Assembly: GCA_946965045.2 (NCBI GenBank)
Contig: OX337238.1
Location: forward strand, 806,001 to 870,000
Source: Epithemia pelagica
Taxonomy: Eukaryota; Protista; Bacillariophyta
Length of the DNA: 64,000 bases
Direction of reading: 5' to 3'
Every line of letters begins with the position of its first letter. The stretch's first letter is position 1. The notes beneath the pieces were generated by a model that saw only the letters and a list, made by a program, of their open reading frames with translations, was not told the origin of the DNA and did no database searches. Shown here one piece after another: positions 54,800 to 64,000 of this stretch. Made by a program: the position numbers and the translations under genes.

Positions 54800-56101
54800 A
54801 TGACGACGTTGACAATGATGATGATACGAAAGCCTCCCATGCATTCTGTTTCTAGTTTGGTCACCCCTTGTATTCGACCACCACGGATTCTGGAACACTG
54901 TGGCATGAAAGCAGGAGCCAGAGTGTTTTCCGGTGCCACAATTCGATGCCAGCCCAAACAACTATCTGTTGTATCACGACCGCCATCACGACGGTGCAAC
55001 AACCACGACAACGGCACCACTTCCTTTGGACCGGTGGGTCGGTCCATTACGACTCCAAAATTCTCCTTGCAAACCTTTGCCACCACATCCTGGAAGAATA
55101 GTATTAGTAGTAGCAAAACTACAGCAGCAGACGACCACGAACCCTTTTATGGAGCACCACGGCCATCCTCGACGTCGACAACCAATTGGAAGCATGTGCC
55201 CTTGCAACTCATGGACACGGTTGCCTCCTTGTTGGATCCTCCCATTCCTTCCACTCCAACAACAACAACAACAACAAGTGCTAGTACCAATCCAGAAACG
55301 ACAACGACAATTCCACCTCCCATTCGCCAGGACGACCGCACGGCGGTTCGTGTGGCGGCCTTGTTGCGCGAATCGGCCACGGCCTTGCGGGATCCTACGC
55401 GCGACGATGCCGTGGCCGCGGTAGGAGAATTGACGAGTCGTCATGCCTTGCATCACTTGCACACGGTCCTGCAAGCCTCATCGTCGGGACGAGACATTTT
55501 GCACCATCGACCCCTCGTTTCCAAGGCGACCATTCCCTATCAAGACTTGATGCAACAAGCGACAACAATCACGACTGGATCCGATGCGTCCAACCTGACC
55601 TTTGGACAGGCCTATGGACAATTTTTGAGGACACATGGCTTTGATCCCGATCATCGCAGTCCGTTACGGTACATAACCAACAACGACGACGAGAATGCCA
55701 GTGCCTATATTTTGTTGCGCTATCGTCAATCGCACGATTTTTATCACGTCTTGACGGGATTGCCACCGACCGTCGTGGGCGAATTGGCCTTGAAATGGTT
55801 GGAATGGTTCCAAACGCACTTGCCCCTAACCGCCCTGGCGGGAGCCGTGGGCAGTGTCCTGACCACGGCGCCCTACGGATTGACTCTAGCCGAACGACAC
55901 TGGTTGTATACCGTGTATTTGCCGTGGGCGTATCGAATCGGACACGAGCAAATGCCCTTTGGGACACTCTTGACGACCTATTACGAACGGGAATGGGACA
56001 CGCCCTTGATGGAATTGCAACACCGCATGGGATTGGAATTTGCGCCGCCCCTTCCACCATCTTCCCCGTCGTCGTCGTCGTCGTCGTCCGGGACGGGCTA
56101 A
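54800..56101 (+). CDS. COQ4: Ubiquinone biosynthesis protein COQ4 with a long mitochondrial-type presequence
   Basis: LRDPTRDDAVAAVGELT, TFGQAYGQFL, LLRYRQSHDFYHVLTGLPPTVVGELALKW (HDxxH...E motif). The ATG choice (54800) is uncertain. Confidence 0.93.
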   Translation: MTTLTMMMIRKPPMHSVSSLVTPCIRPPRILEHCGMKAGARVFSGATIRCQPKQLSVVSRPPSRRCNNHDNGTTSFGPVGRSITTPKFSLQTFATTSWKNSISSSKTTAADDHEPFYGAPRPSSTSTTNWKHVPLQLMDTVASLLDPPIPSTPTTTTTTSASTNPETTTTIPPPIRQDDRTAVRVAALLRESATALRDPTRDDAVAAVGELTSRHALHHLHTVLQASSSGRDILHHRPLVSKATIPYQDLMQQATTITTGSDASNLTFGQAYGQFLRTHGFDPDHRSPLRYITNNDDENASAYILLRYRQSHDFYHVLTGLPPTVVGELALKWLEWFQTHLPLTALAGAVGSVLTTAPYGLTLAERHWLYTVYLPWAYRIGHEQMPFGTLLTTYYEREWDTPLMELQHRMGLEFAPPLPPSSPSSSSSSSGTG

Positions 56102-56750
56102 GAATCATGGCTCCCCCCAAAAACAGCGTGCGCTTCCACAACTTTTATAGAGAGAGAATCTCGAGTAGAAAGAGTCGCCCTGTTCGAGATAAGTAGAGGT
56201 GGGCCTATGGTATTGTTGTTCCAAAACCTCTTTCATGGAACAATCACCACGACAAGAGCATAAAGTGTGTTGGAGTGGCAGCGACAGGACGGTTGAACCC
56301 TCCAACCACTATAAGGCAGCATCTGCTACGATCTATAGAGGCTCAAGGTTTGTCGTACCATACACAAGGCTTTTGTTTCCATCGCCACATTCCGCTCGTG
56401 GAACCAACAGCATCCAAGTCTTTTCCAGCCTTTGCGGCGAACCCGTCTGTTCTACATGTGTCTAGTAGATCGTTGGTCGGGGTTGTCCGACGTCTACGAG
56501 AAAAAGAGTTCACTCTCTTGTACCACTGCTTCTGTGGATGCTACGTCTCTGGAACAAACTGCATTCCTGAGACTCTCGTGTAGGACCGAATCAGGCCAGG
56601 GTTGGACCATTCGCCTTTTTTGTCTTCTTTTCACCCTCTGGACAACTTGCCACTCAAGCATGAACGCCCAACATGTCATTCACCATATCAAGACAGCACA
56701 CGGATGCAACTGAACCATGCAGTGTGTTATAATATAGAAGTGACTGTCTA

Positions 56751-59700
56751 CTACGACAAGCATACAAGCCGCAGTTTTCGTGTCGCGACGCGACTCACGG
56801 CCATGACCAACACAAAAATAACGACTCCGACCAAGGAAGCCAAACACATGTAGAGCATGATCGGACTGCCATCGCTGGGACAGCCAATCATGACCGCTTC
56901 AACACCGGGGACAATGCACCACAAGTAAAATCGAGGAAAGAGGTACCGCAATTGCTTGAGGCCTTCCAAACCCCCTCCAGGACTATAGGTGGTACTAAAG
57001 AACAAGTTGCCCAAAAACGGCAAACCTCCGAGAAGCTGAACCTCATGAAGGTCAAGACTCGTAAAGTTTGAAAGGCAAATACGTGGTGCGAGTGTAAACA
57101 CCAGGTCGGTGAAAAGTCCCACCCATATTTCGGTACGAGCCAAACTGTCATCCTCCACGACCAGATTGGCCACTCCAAACATGATGAGCGATAGTACCAA
57201 CAACAGTAACATGGTCACAATGGTCTTCAGGGTACGATTCATTTGAATCGAGGAATGAACCGAGGCTTCTCCTTCCTCCACCATGGCGTTACGCCAATCC
57301 ACCAAGGACAAAAGAAAGGGATTGAGACAAAAGAAGGAAAGGATGGTGTTTGCAATCAACACCAAGGCCGATGATTCCACCTGAGAATTCCAGTACATCA
57401 CAATGTACAGTGCATAAGTGCCACATGTAAAAAGAGCGAGACTCAAAAAGAAGCTCTTCTGGCCCACAAGTTCAACATCCCAAAAGAATTGAAGAAATTC
57501 CTTCAGATGACCGTGGATACTACCTGTTGTCTGTTGAAACTTATACTCCGCACCAGTCGAAAAGACATCGATCGCATCTTGCCGATCCATGAGTACTCCT
57601 TTGTCTTCGTCCTCTGGTACGTTGTCGTTGCTATTCCCTTGACTCGGACAGTTTTTCTTTACGCGAACAGAGGAGCGATCCATGGAAGAAACATGAATGA
57701 TGTTGGTTGCCGCTGTGGCCAAGGCATGGACATGATCATTTGTAACAAGAATAATATTGTGACTCTTTTTCATGGCCTCCAAAGTTTCAATCATGTACGG
57801 AACAAAGTCATTTGTCACACCCGCAAACGGTTCATCCAAAATGATCAACAAGTTCGAGTCATGAGCATTAATCGTCATTGTGGTGCGTTGTCGAATCAGT
57901 TCAAACAAGAGTAACTTGCGTTGCCCTCCCGACAAACCGACCGTGAATTGACCTGCCATGGTTCCTCCCACGGGAATCATGGACGCTGTTCCTTCATTTT
58001 CATAAATATCCCAAAAGGGCAACTCTGTGGGATCAAATTGAGGAATTTTTGTCACCGGTATATACGGCCGCATGGTATGATATTGTCGAATGTAAACGCA
58101 CTTGGATTTTCGATGTTCGTACAGGTGGTTTAGAAACGTAGTTTTTCCCGACCCCGAACTTCCAACGACTAGAGTCAAACCAGCACCAATGCTTGCATCA
58201 GGAATGGAAATGAGTGAGGCACTATCATTTTTCATGTCGGTGGACAAAGGCTGCAAGCTATGTCCGTTGCTGATCTTGTCGTCAGCAGTGTTATCCTCAT
58301 CAGCAGTGTTATCCTCATTCTCGAGAACAACAGGACCACTTGGGTGATGGGGTGTCGTGGTGTCGTCAGTGGTATCCTCATCCTCGAGAACAACACTGGA
58401 AATGGGCTGCTCAGTTTGTGTTGAAGGGGCACTGGTCTCAACGACTTGTCCACGATGGTCTCTTGGAATGTGTAACGACGAGGACAACGATTGTTCATGG
58501 CGCAACAATTCCTCAATGATACTGGTCATGTTTCTGTTGTGAAAGTAAAAGCTGGACAAATCGTCCATGGAACATAAAGCAGAGGAGGTCGTGACTGTTT
58601 CCGTAGATCCGTCGTCAGTTGCCGTGTTGTTCTTGTGCAAGGCAAGAGAAGAACAGCAAGACCGAATAATGGAACCAAGGTTTGCCATGACTTGTTGTGT
58701 CAGAAACATACCTGCCCAACCGACGAGAGATGTCAAACCCATGTACAAGGCAATCAGGCCGAGATCTTCAGCAGCCGGACAGCCTTCCATACTGTCTTGT
58801 ACGAGGGGAACCAAGCACCAAAGATAGAAGCGGGGAAACAAGTACCTCAACACTTGAAGGGGCTCCCAAACACCTGATACACCGGGACTAAAGGTGGTAC
58901 TGAAAAAGATGGAACCCAAGAATGGCAGACATCCATACATCTGGACCGACGCAAAGTCCAGAGTCGTAAAGAGACTCAAGTAGATTTCCGGGAGGCTTAT
59001 GGAAATACTGTCGGTCAACATACCCCACCATATGATAGCGCGGGACAAGGAGGAAGAGGAGTACAATGAAGAAAGATATCCTGTAGGATGGTCATCCACG
59101 GCTGCATTGACGACCAAGAATTGAACGATGGAAGCTGCCATAAGCAAAGACACAGAGAACAGAGCTTGTAGGAGTCGAAAAAAGGAGAGTGGACGTTGAG
59201 TGTCGGATGTTTTGCTGGCACCAGGGTGTAGCAGCAAGGCTTCGTCTTCTTCTTGTACGGCAATGCGCCAGGCGACTAGGGTGATCACGAAGGGATTAAT
59301 GCAAAAGAAAGTGACCAGGCCACTCGCCACTAGGACCAAAACCCCTTGTTCGTGCGGTGTATTCCAAAACGAAACCAGCAACAGTCCAAAGAAAAGGATG
59401 AGACAAACCAAAAAGACCAACCAATACCCTCTGGACACGATTTCCACATTCCAAAAAAACTTCAAGGCTTGTCGATAGTAACTTGAACGATAAGCTCTGA
59501 TACTTGCTTGTTCAGTAGTTGTCGGTAGCATGGATGGGTGGAAGCTGGCTACTGGTTGATTACTGTTGCTCAATGGTTCCTCTCCTGGTTGTATATTAGC
59601 AGCAGATTCTTCTTCGTCTCCCAAAAGCACGGACAGAGATGTATCCAGCGATATCATTGAGGATGAGGTTGAGATCAGAGCCTGTAGGACTTGCTCCCGA

Positions 59701-60353
59701 TCAACCAGTCCGTGTTTTTGTTGCTGTTCTTGTGGTGGTTGTTCTGTGAACGACGACCGTCTCCTCCAAACGTTTACCAGGGTGCGATCACGAGCCGAGA
59801 CCTCCAACACATAATGTGACAATCTAGCCAGTGCGTTTACATGGTCGTTGGTCACAATAACCACATTGTGCTGTTCTCCCAGCTCTTGCAATTGTTTCTC
59901 AACAAAGGGGACCAGGTCGTCCGTGACACCAGCAAAGGGCTCGTCCAAAAGAATCAGTAAGCGATTTCTTGTAGTGCGGAAGGATGCCGAAGAGGAGGAA
60001 GAGGAGGAAGAGGACGATACAGGAAGGGACGTCACCGTCCGTTGACGAATCAACTCAAACAAGAATAATTTGCGTTGTCCACCCGACAATCCAGGTGTAA
60101 AAGTCCCCGCCAGGGTTCCTCCCACTGGAATGGTACCGGCTGTACCTTCTTTTTCATACACGGACCAATACGGCAGTTGCGTTGGATCAAAGTGTGGAAT
60201 CTTGGCCACTGGAATATAGGGTCGTACCGTATGATATTGGCGCAGATAAATGCAGCGATCGGTGCCGTTCGAATGTTTCAAACGCTCATGAATTTGATTC
60301 AGAAAGGTTGTTTTGCCCGATCCAGAGCTACCAACTACTAATGTTAACGTCAT
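56751..60353 (-). CDS. Internally duplicated ABCG-like transporter (NBD-TMD x2) with truncated NBDs
   Basis: Each half has LTLVVGSSGSGKTT (Walker A), LSGGQRKL (signature), I(L)LDEPFAGV (Walker B) and VTNDH (switch), followed by ~6 TM helices and YLFPRFYLWC. The second half starts at ~58180. Confidence 0.88.
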   Translation of the reverse strand: MTLTLVVGSSGSGKTTFLNQIHERLKHSNGTDRCIYLRQYHTVRPYIPVAKIPHFDPTQLPYWSVYEKEGTAGTIPVGGTLAGTFTPGLSGGQRKLFLFELIRQRTVTSLPVSSSSSSSSSSASFRTTRNRLLILLDEPFAGVTDDLVPFVEKQLQELGEQHNVVIVTNDHVNALARLSHYVLEVSARDRTLVNVWRRRSSFTEQPPQEQQQKHGLVDREQVLQALISTSSSMISLDTSLSVLLGDEEESAANIQPGEEPLSNSNQPVASFHPSMLPTTTEQASIRAYRSSYYRQALKFFWNVEIVSRGYWLVFLVCLILFFGLLLVSFWNTPHEQGVLVLVASGLVTFFCINPFVITLVAWRIAVQEEDEALLLHPGASKTSDTQRPLSFFRLLQALFSVSLLMAASIVQFLVVNAAVDDHPTGYLSSLYSSSSLSRAIIWWGMLTDSISISLPEIYLSLFTTLDFASVQMYGCLPFLGSIFFSTTFSPGVSGVWEPLQVLRYLFPRFYLWCLVPLVQDSMEGCPAAEDLGLIALYMGLTSLVGWAGMFLTQQVMANLGSIIRSCCSSLALHKNNTATDDGSTETVTTSSALCSMDDLSSFYFHNRNMTSIIEELLRHEQSLSSSLHIPRDHRGQVVETSAPSTQTEQPISSVVLEDEDTTDDTTTPHHPSGPVVLENEDNTADEDNTADDKISNGHSLQPLSTDMKNDSASLISIPDASIGAGLTLVVGSSGSGKTTFLNHLYEHRKSKCVYIRQYHTMRPYIPVTKIPQFDPTELPFWDIYENEGTASMIPVGGTMAGQFTVGLSGGQRKLLLFELIRQRTTMTINAHDSNLLIILDEPFAGVTNDFVPYMIETLEAMKKSHNIILVTNDHVHALATAATNIIHVSSMDRSSVRVKKNCPSQGNSNDNVPEDEDKGVLMDRQDAIDVFSTGAEYKFQQTTGSIHGHLKEFLQFFWDVELVGQKSFFLSLALFTCGTYALYIVMYWNSQVESSALVLIANTILSFFCLNPFLLSLVDWRNAMVEEGEASVHSSIQMNRTLKTIVTMLLLLVLSLIMFGVANLVVEDDSLARTEIWVGLFTDLVFTLAPRICLSNFTSLDLHEVQLLGGLPFLGNLFFSTTYSPGGGLEGLKQLRYLFPRFYLWCIVPGVEAVMIGCPSDGSPIMLYMCLASLVGVVIFVLVMAVSRVATRKLRLVCLS

Positions 60354-60553
60354 TTCTTTCCTCTTCTTGTCGTTTCAGTTTCGTCGTCGGATATGTTTGC
60401 CTTTCTGTGCTTTGAAGTTATTGGAAAAACTGGAAAATGTGGTGTGCAATTTTTGTTTGTTCTCTTTGTTCTGAGGTTGAAGGAGTTTACCGAGTTGCGT
60501 CGACAGAAAGTCGTGCGTATTTATTAGAATAAGGACAGAATCTGTAGCATTGA

Positions 60554-60571
60554 GTTAACGGTACCGTTAAC
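60554..60571. repeat. Perfect 18-bp palindrome GTTAACGGTACCGTTAAC
   Basis: Seen directly, between the ABC gene start and the gag remnant. Confidence 0.9.
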
Positions 60572-61162
60572 GTGATCGCTGAAATACAGTAGTAGCGAGC
60601 CGCGACCATACCAAAATATGGCTATGGTATTGGGCGAAATTTAGGATAGTGTAGGCCTCTAAGCTTGAGGCATGAGATAGTCACAATTTTACTTTCGAGT
60701 CACTATCATGCGCGTATTTTGGTTTATCAGACCCAAGACTCTGCGATTACGGTAAAGCTATGGCACAATGGCCTGGGAAGGTCGCGAAATATCTGGATCG
60801 TAGTAATACCGATCCGCCCAAAGGTCGACTAAAGATGTCGTCTACTAGTCTCGTTGAATATCCGGCCTGCAACGGGGTTTGGACCGGACTAGTTTACAGA
60901 TGTGGTCTGCGAGTGCGCACATCTGGGGCAATGGCAGACGCGCCGGTCTTGGCCGTTGACAAGACAAAGCCTGCTATGCGGTCATGAATATTCTATAAAT
61001 AGAACATGAACCGACGATGCAGCTGTGCATGCTTTCTACCTATGAATCGCCCAAATGAGTAAGTGACCGGTCAATGTGACTGGAAGTTCTAACACACTTC
61101 CGAATACGTGAAAGTCCCAATTGCACCTTGCATTGAAAAGCTAGTAAGAACAAGAACCAACC

Positions 61163-62330
61163 ATGGCCGAACCTGCTCCTCCTGCTCCACCGACCGCTCA
61201 AGAGCTCCTTCAAGAACTGAATGGATACATGGAGAACACTCTCTTGATTGGACAACAGGCAGTCTGAGATGCCCTTAACTCACAGGGCCTCACATCCGTT
61301 GGCGATTTCCGCGGACTCAAAGAAGAGGACATCGCTGAAATCTGTGCTAACGCAAGAAAGCCAGGTGGAACGATCCCTTACCCTGCCTATGATGCTGCCA
61401 ATCCTGTTGCTGGTATCCCAGCGATGGTTATGAACCCAGGAGTTTTAGTCGGACATGTCTTGGAGAAACGGTTGAAAATGTTTGGCTATTTTGTTCAGTA
61501 CTTGACCAAAGTTGGCCGTACGTTTAGCCCAGGAGCAGCAACCTTGGACACGGTACAGAGTCTTTACCGTTTGAAAGAAGCAGATGATGAGTACGATAAT
61601 GATATCGAACTTCCGGAAAAGTTGTCGAATGTCGAGAATATCCGATTTGTCCTGGAGGATTTGGACGACTACTTGGAAAGGAAGAGAGGTGTGACTATGA
61701 TTCCGTTGGCAGCTTATACTCGTTCGATGCCAACTCCTCCACCTATCAATCTTGACCCAGGACTCGGATCTCCTACATACTTGCGAGAACTCATTCGACG
61801 TGCACCACTCACTGGTGCCACAGCAGTTGCTGACAAGGAAACAGTATGGGACGTCATACGTCACATTACTCATGATGGCCCCGGATGGGGTTGGGTCCAA
61901 GCCTTCAGCAGAAGCCGGGATGGAAGAGGAGCATACATCGCTTTGAAAAGTCATTACTTTGGTGATGCTTTCCAATCTCGATTGCGTGCAAAGGCTGATC
62001 AAGTGCTTGAATCGACCTATTATGATGGAACAAAAAGGAACTATACCTACGAAAGGTATATTGAGTCACTTCAGAGGGCCTTTACGGACCTTGAGTCTAC
62101 AGGCAAAGTGGTCAGTAATGAAAGAAAAGTGAGAGTTTTACTCTTAGGGGTCGCTGATTCCAGGTTGGAGAGTGCTAAGAATACGATATTGGCCACTCCT
62201 GCTTTGAGGGCAAATTTTGAGGTGGCTTCAAACTATCTTGCTGAAGTCCTTGACAGCAAAGTGTTGTATACAAGCTGAGTTCAAGCGGAATGTCAACGAC
62301 GTAGCGCTTGGTAGAAATTCTACGTAAAAG
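61163..62330 (+). mobile_element. gag: Ty1/copia (CoDi-like) LTR-retrotransposon gag remnant, disrupted and lacking pol
   Basis: ATG 61163 MAEPAPP..., in-frame TGA at 61265, then EDIAEICANARKPGGTIP...NPGVLVGHVLEKRLK...WDVIRHIT...WVQAFSRSRDGRGAYIALKSHYFG...YDGTKRNYTYERYIESL...ERKVRVLLLGV. This resembles diatom copia gag. No protease, integrase or RT motifs follow. Confidence 0.75.
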
Positions 62331-62874
62331 CGCCTGCCATCCTCTTAATATAGCCCTTCTAATTATGCCTCTACCATTCTACCAAAAATCGACCATGGTG
62401 AACGGTCCTTTTGACCGATCTCTTGCCACATAGGAGACGGCTCCGTAATCCCATGCGTCGAATCTCTTCTTCATACATTGGTTGAGCATGGGGAACGTTA
62501 GTTGCCTTGTATTCTTGTTGTAGGTGTTGTTTTATCTAGTTGAAGGTTGTCGGCGCGTGATTTACCACGGCAAATTACGGCAAAACTTCGGCGCAACCAA
62601 TGCACCTCTATCGTAGAATCGAATCATAGAAGATAGAACAAAGACTATGAATATTTGTAGTGTTGTTCACTTCAAAAATGGCACTCTTTGCGTAATATAG
62701 ATGGAACTAAGACTAGAAGTTGCGTCGTTCACAGCGAAGAGGGATGTTCTTTTCGTTGTTGTGACTCACACAGCCGTACCACCGGTAAACGCAACTTATC
62801 ACAGCTATAGAATTAGGAAAGATCCTACTTGTACATACTCGAATGATAACCTTAAAACACTAGTAAATAGTTAA

Positions 62875-63483
62875 TCACTTGTCTTGTGGATTGAAGAAGA
62901 GGTTTTGATGAGGGTACTTGACCATGATCGAACCAAGCGAAATGTTGAAACGATCCATGTCATTGCAGCCCATGTAGATTGTGACAACCTGGGGCTCCAT
63001 GCACGCTTTAGGGGTGATGGAGCAGCGTGTGTAGAGGCGGAAGCGTCCCGTGACTTCTTCGTTCTTGCTCGTCTTTCCGAAGACCTGGTCCAAATGCGAC
63101 AGAGCGATGAACCCAACTGGAATAACCAACGCTGGTTCCTCATGCTCTTTCGTTGCATCCCGGTGGAACATTGCAATCCGAAGGTAGTCAGTCGAGAGCT
63201 CCCGCTGGACAAGCAGATGGCCACGGTCAACGATGTTGGTTCCAGTGTCCGCGCTTCTCGACATGGGTCCAAGGAGCGCACAAACGTTTCTTGCGTAGAA
63301 CGAACACTTGAAAGGAAGACCGAAACCACCCTCACGGTCGTCCTCTTCATTGAACTCGAACTTCTTCTTCCCTGCGATGGCCATCTTCGCGTCTTGTCTC
63401 TTCTTCCTTGCCTCTTCCTGTCGTCTCTGTTTGATTGTTCTAGATGATGATGATGACGGCGGGTGATTCGGAAGCTGCTTCAT
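62875..63483 (-). CDS. Orphan 202 aa ORF among retroelement debris
   Basis: ATG-initiated, with a basic N-terminus (RRQEEARKKRQDAK) and a globular-looking remainder. No family recognised. Confidence 0.5.
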   Translation of the reverse strand: MKQLPNHPPSSSSSRTIKQRRQEEARKKRQDAKMAIAGKKKFEFNEEDDREGGFGLPFKCSFYARNVCALLGPMSRSADTGTNIVDRGHLLVQRELSTDYLRIAMFHRDATKEHEEPALVIPVGFIALSHLDQVFGKTSKNEEVTGRFRLYTRCSITPKACMEPQVVTIYMGCNDMDRFNISLGSIMVKYPHQNLFFNPQDK

Positions 63484-63529
63484 GCTGCAACTTTATTGTG
63501 GCGCGCGCCGATATTGTTCACGAATGAGC

Positions 63530-63936
63530 TGTTAGAATTCTCACCGTCTATGGTGGTTAGATTCTACATCTCATCGATTCCCCATGTCACATAGCCTCGT
63601 GCTATCGCACCATGCCCTCTAGCTTCGAGCTATGTTTCCTAGCTTCGCGCTATATCGACCTATATTTCTTCGCAAATCATGAAAAGTGAGAATAGATTGA
63701 CGAACTCACTCTCAAGACTAAACTGGGTCGTGCGGTATTACAACGGACATAAATTTGGCCGTTGCTCGGACATTATACTAACGCCCTAAGCATACGCGCC
63801 CGAAATCATCGAGCGCACCCAAGCGACATCCGAGCGCTATCGGCATCTATCCGATCCAACGGTCTAAGTATCCCAAGCACGACACACGATCACGCGAGAC
63901 CATATTTCCATTCCCACAATCTCCAAATTGTCAACA
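63530..63936. mobile_element. Candidate LTR (solo or 5' LTR), ~407 bp
   Basis: Bounded by TGTTAG...TCAACA (TG..CA with imperfect inverted ends). No clean 5-bp target-site duplication and no second copy in the window. Another TGTTGA begins at 63981. Confidence 0.3.
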
Positions 63937-64000
63937 AGCTGCGCGCCATGAAAACAACTATGCCAACCCAAAGCAAGAGCTGTTGACCCTGTATATGTTA

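Noticed and set aside
60718-60740. TGGTTTATCAGACC as an initiator-Met tRNA primer-binding site
   Set aside because: It matches TGGTATCAGAGC only imperfectly, and no LTR end can be fixed immediately upstream.
60480-63936. A single intact LTR element spanning gag to the 63530-63936 block
   Set aside because: I found no sequence match between the region upstream of gag and the 63.5-63.9 kb block, no polypurine tract before 63530, and no pol.
1-64000. rRNA, tRNA or spliceosomal snRNA genes; prokaryotic origin of the window
   Set aside because: No such signature sequences were recognised by eye, though a tRNAscan/Infernal run is needed to exclude them. Spliceosomal introns and eukaryote-specific genes rule out a prokaryote.

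Overview
This is eukaryotic nuclear DNA, most likely from a pennate diatom. The inference rests on short GT-AG introns, an ASAFAP-like plastid presequence (VVA-FAP), a secreted double-SET protein and a diatom copia (CoDi)-like gag. From 1 to 21 kb there are ordinary genes (secreted SET protein, VIT1/CCC1, stand-alone GAF, signal-peptide NSF-like AAA ATPase, DUF1499-like, 3-repeat MYB, thioredoxin) and a ~480 bp tandem duplication. From 21 to 33.7 kb lies a fast-evolving tandem array. It holds six copies of an unrecognised presequence + coiled-coil + small C-terminal domain gene (family A), four copies of an intron-containing ~80 aa Gly-rich micro-gene with the motif GNAGGWPSTTGKPSGGNRSNNPP (family B) and three degenerate spacer modules (C). 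A convergent gene with a DpnI-like Zn-finger/PD-(D/E)xK nuclease signature closes the array. From 34 to 60 kb are housekeeping and membrane genes (METTL24/FkbM-type methyltransferase, DGAT2, AP-2 sigma, VMA21, RXL-motif cell-surface protein, RBBP4/MSI1, Trf4/TENT4, COQ4, duplicated mini-NBD ABCG-like transporter). The 41-56 kb part is very rich in trinucleotide homopolymer tracts. From 60.5 to 64 kb are LTR-retrotransposon debris and an orphan ORF. Several otherwise intact genes carry single-base frameshifts or an in-frame stop, which could be long-read indel errors or real decay. No rRNA, tRNA or CRISPR array was seen. All family assignments come from motif recognition by eye, not database searches.
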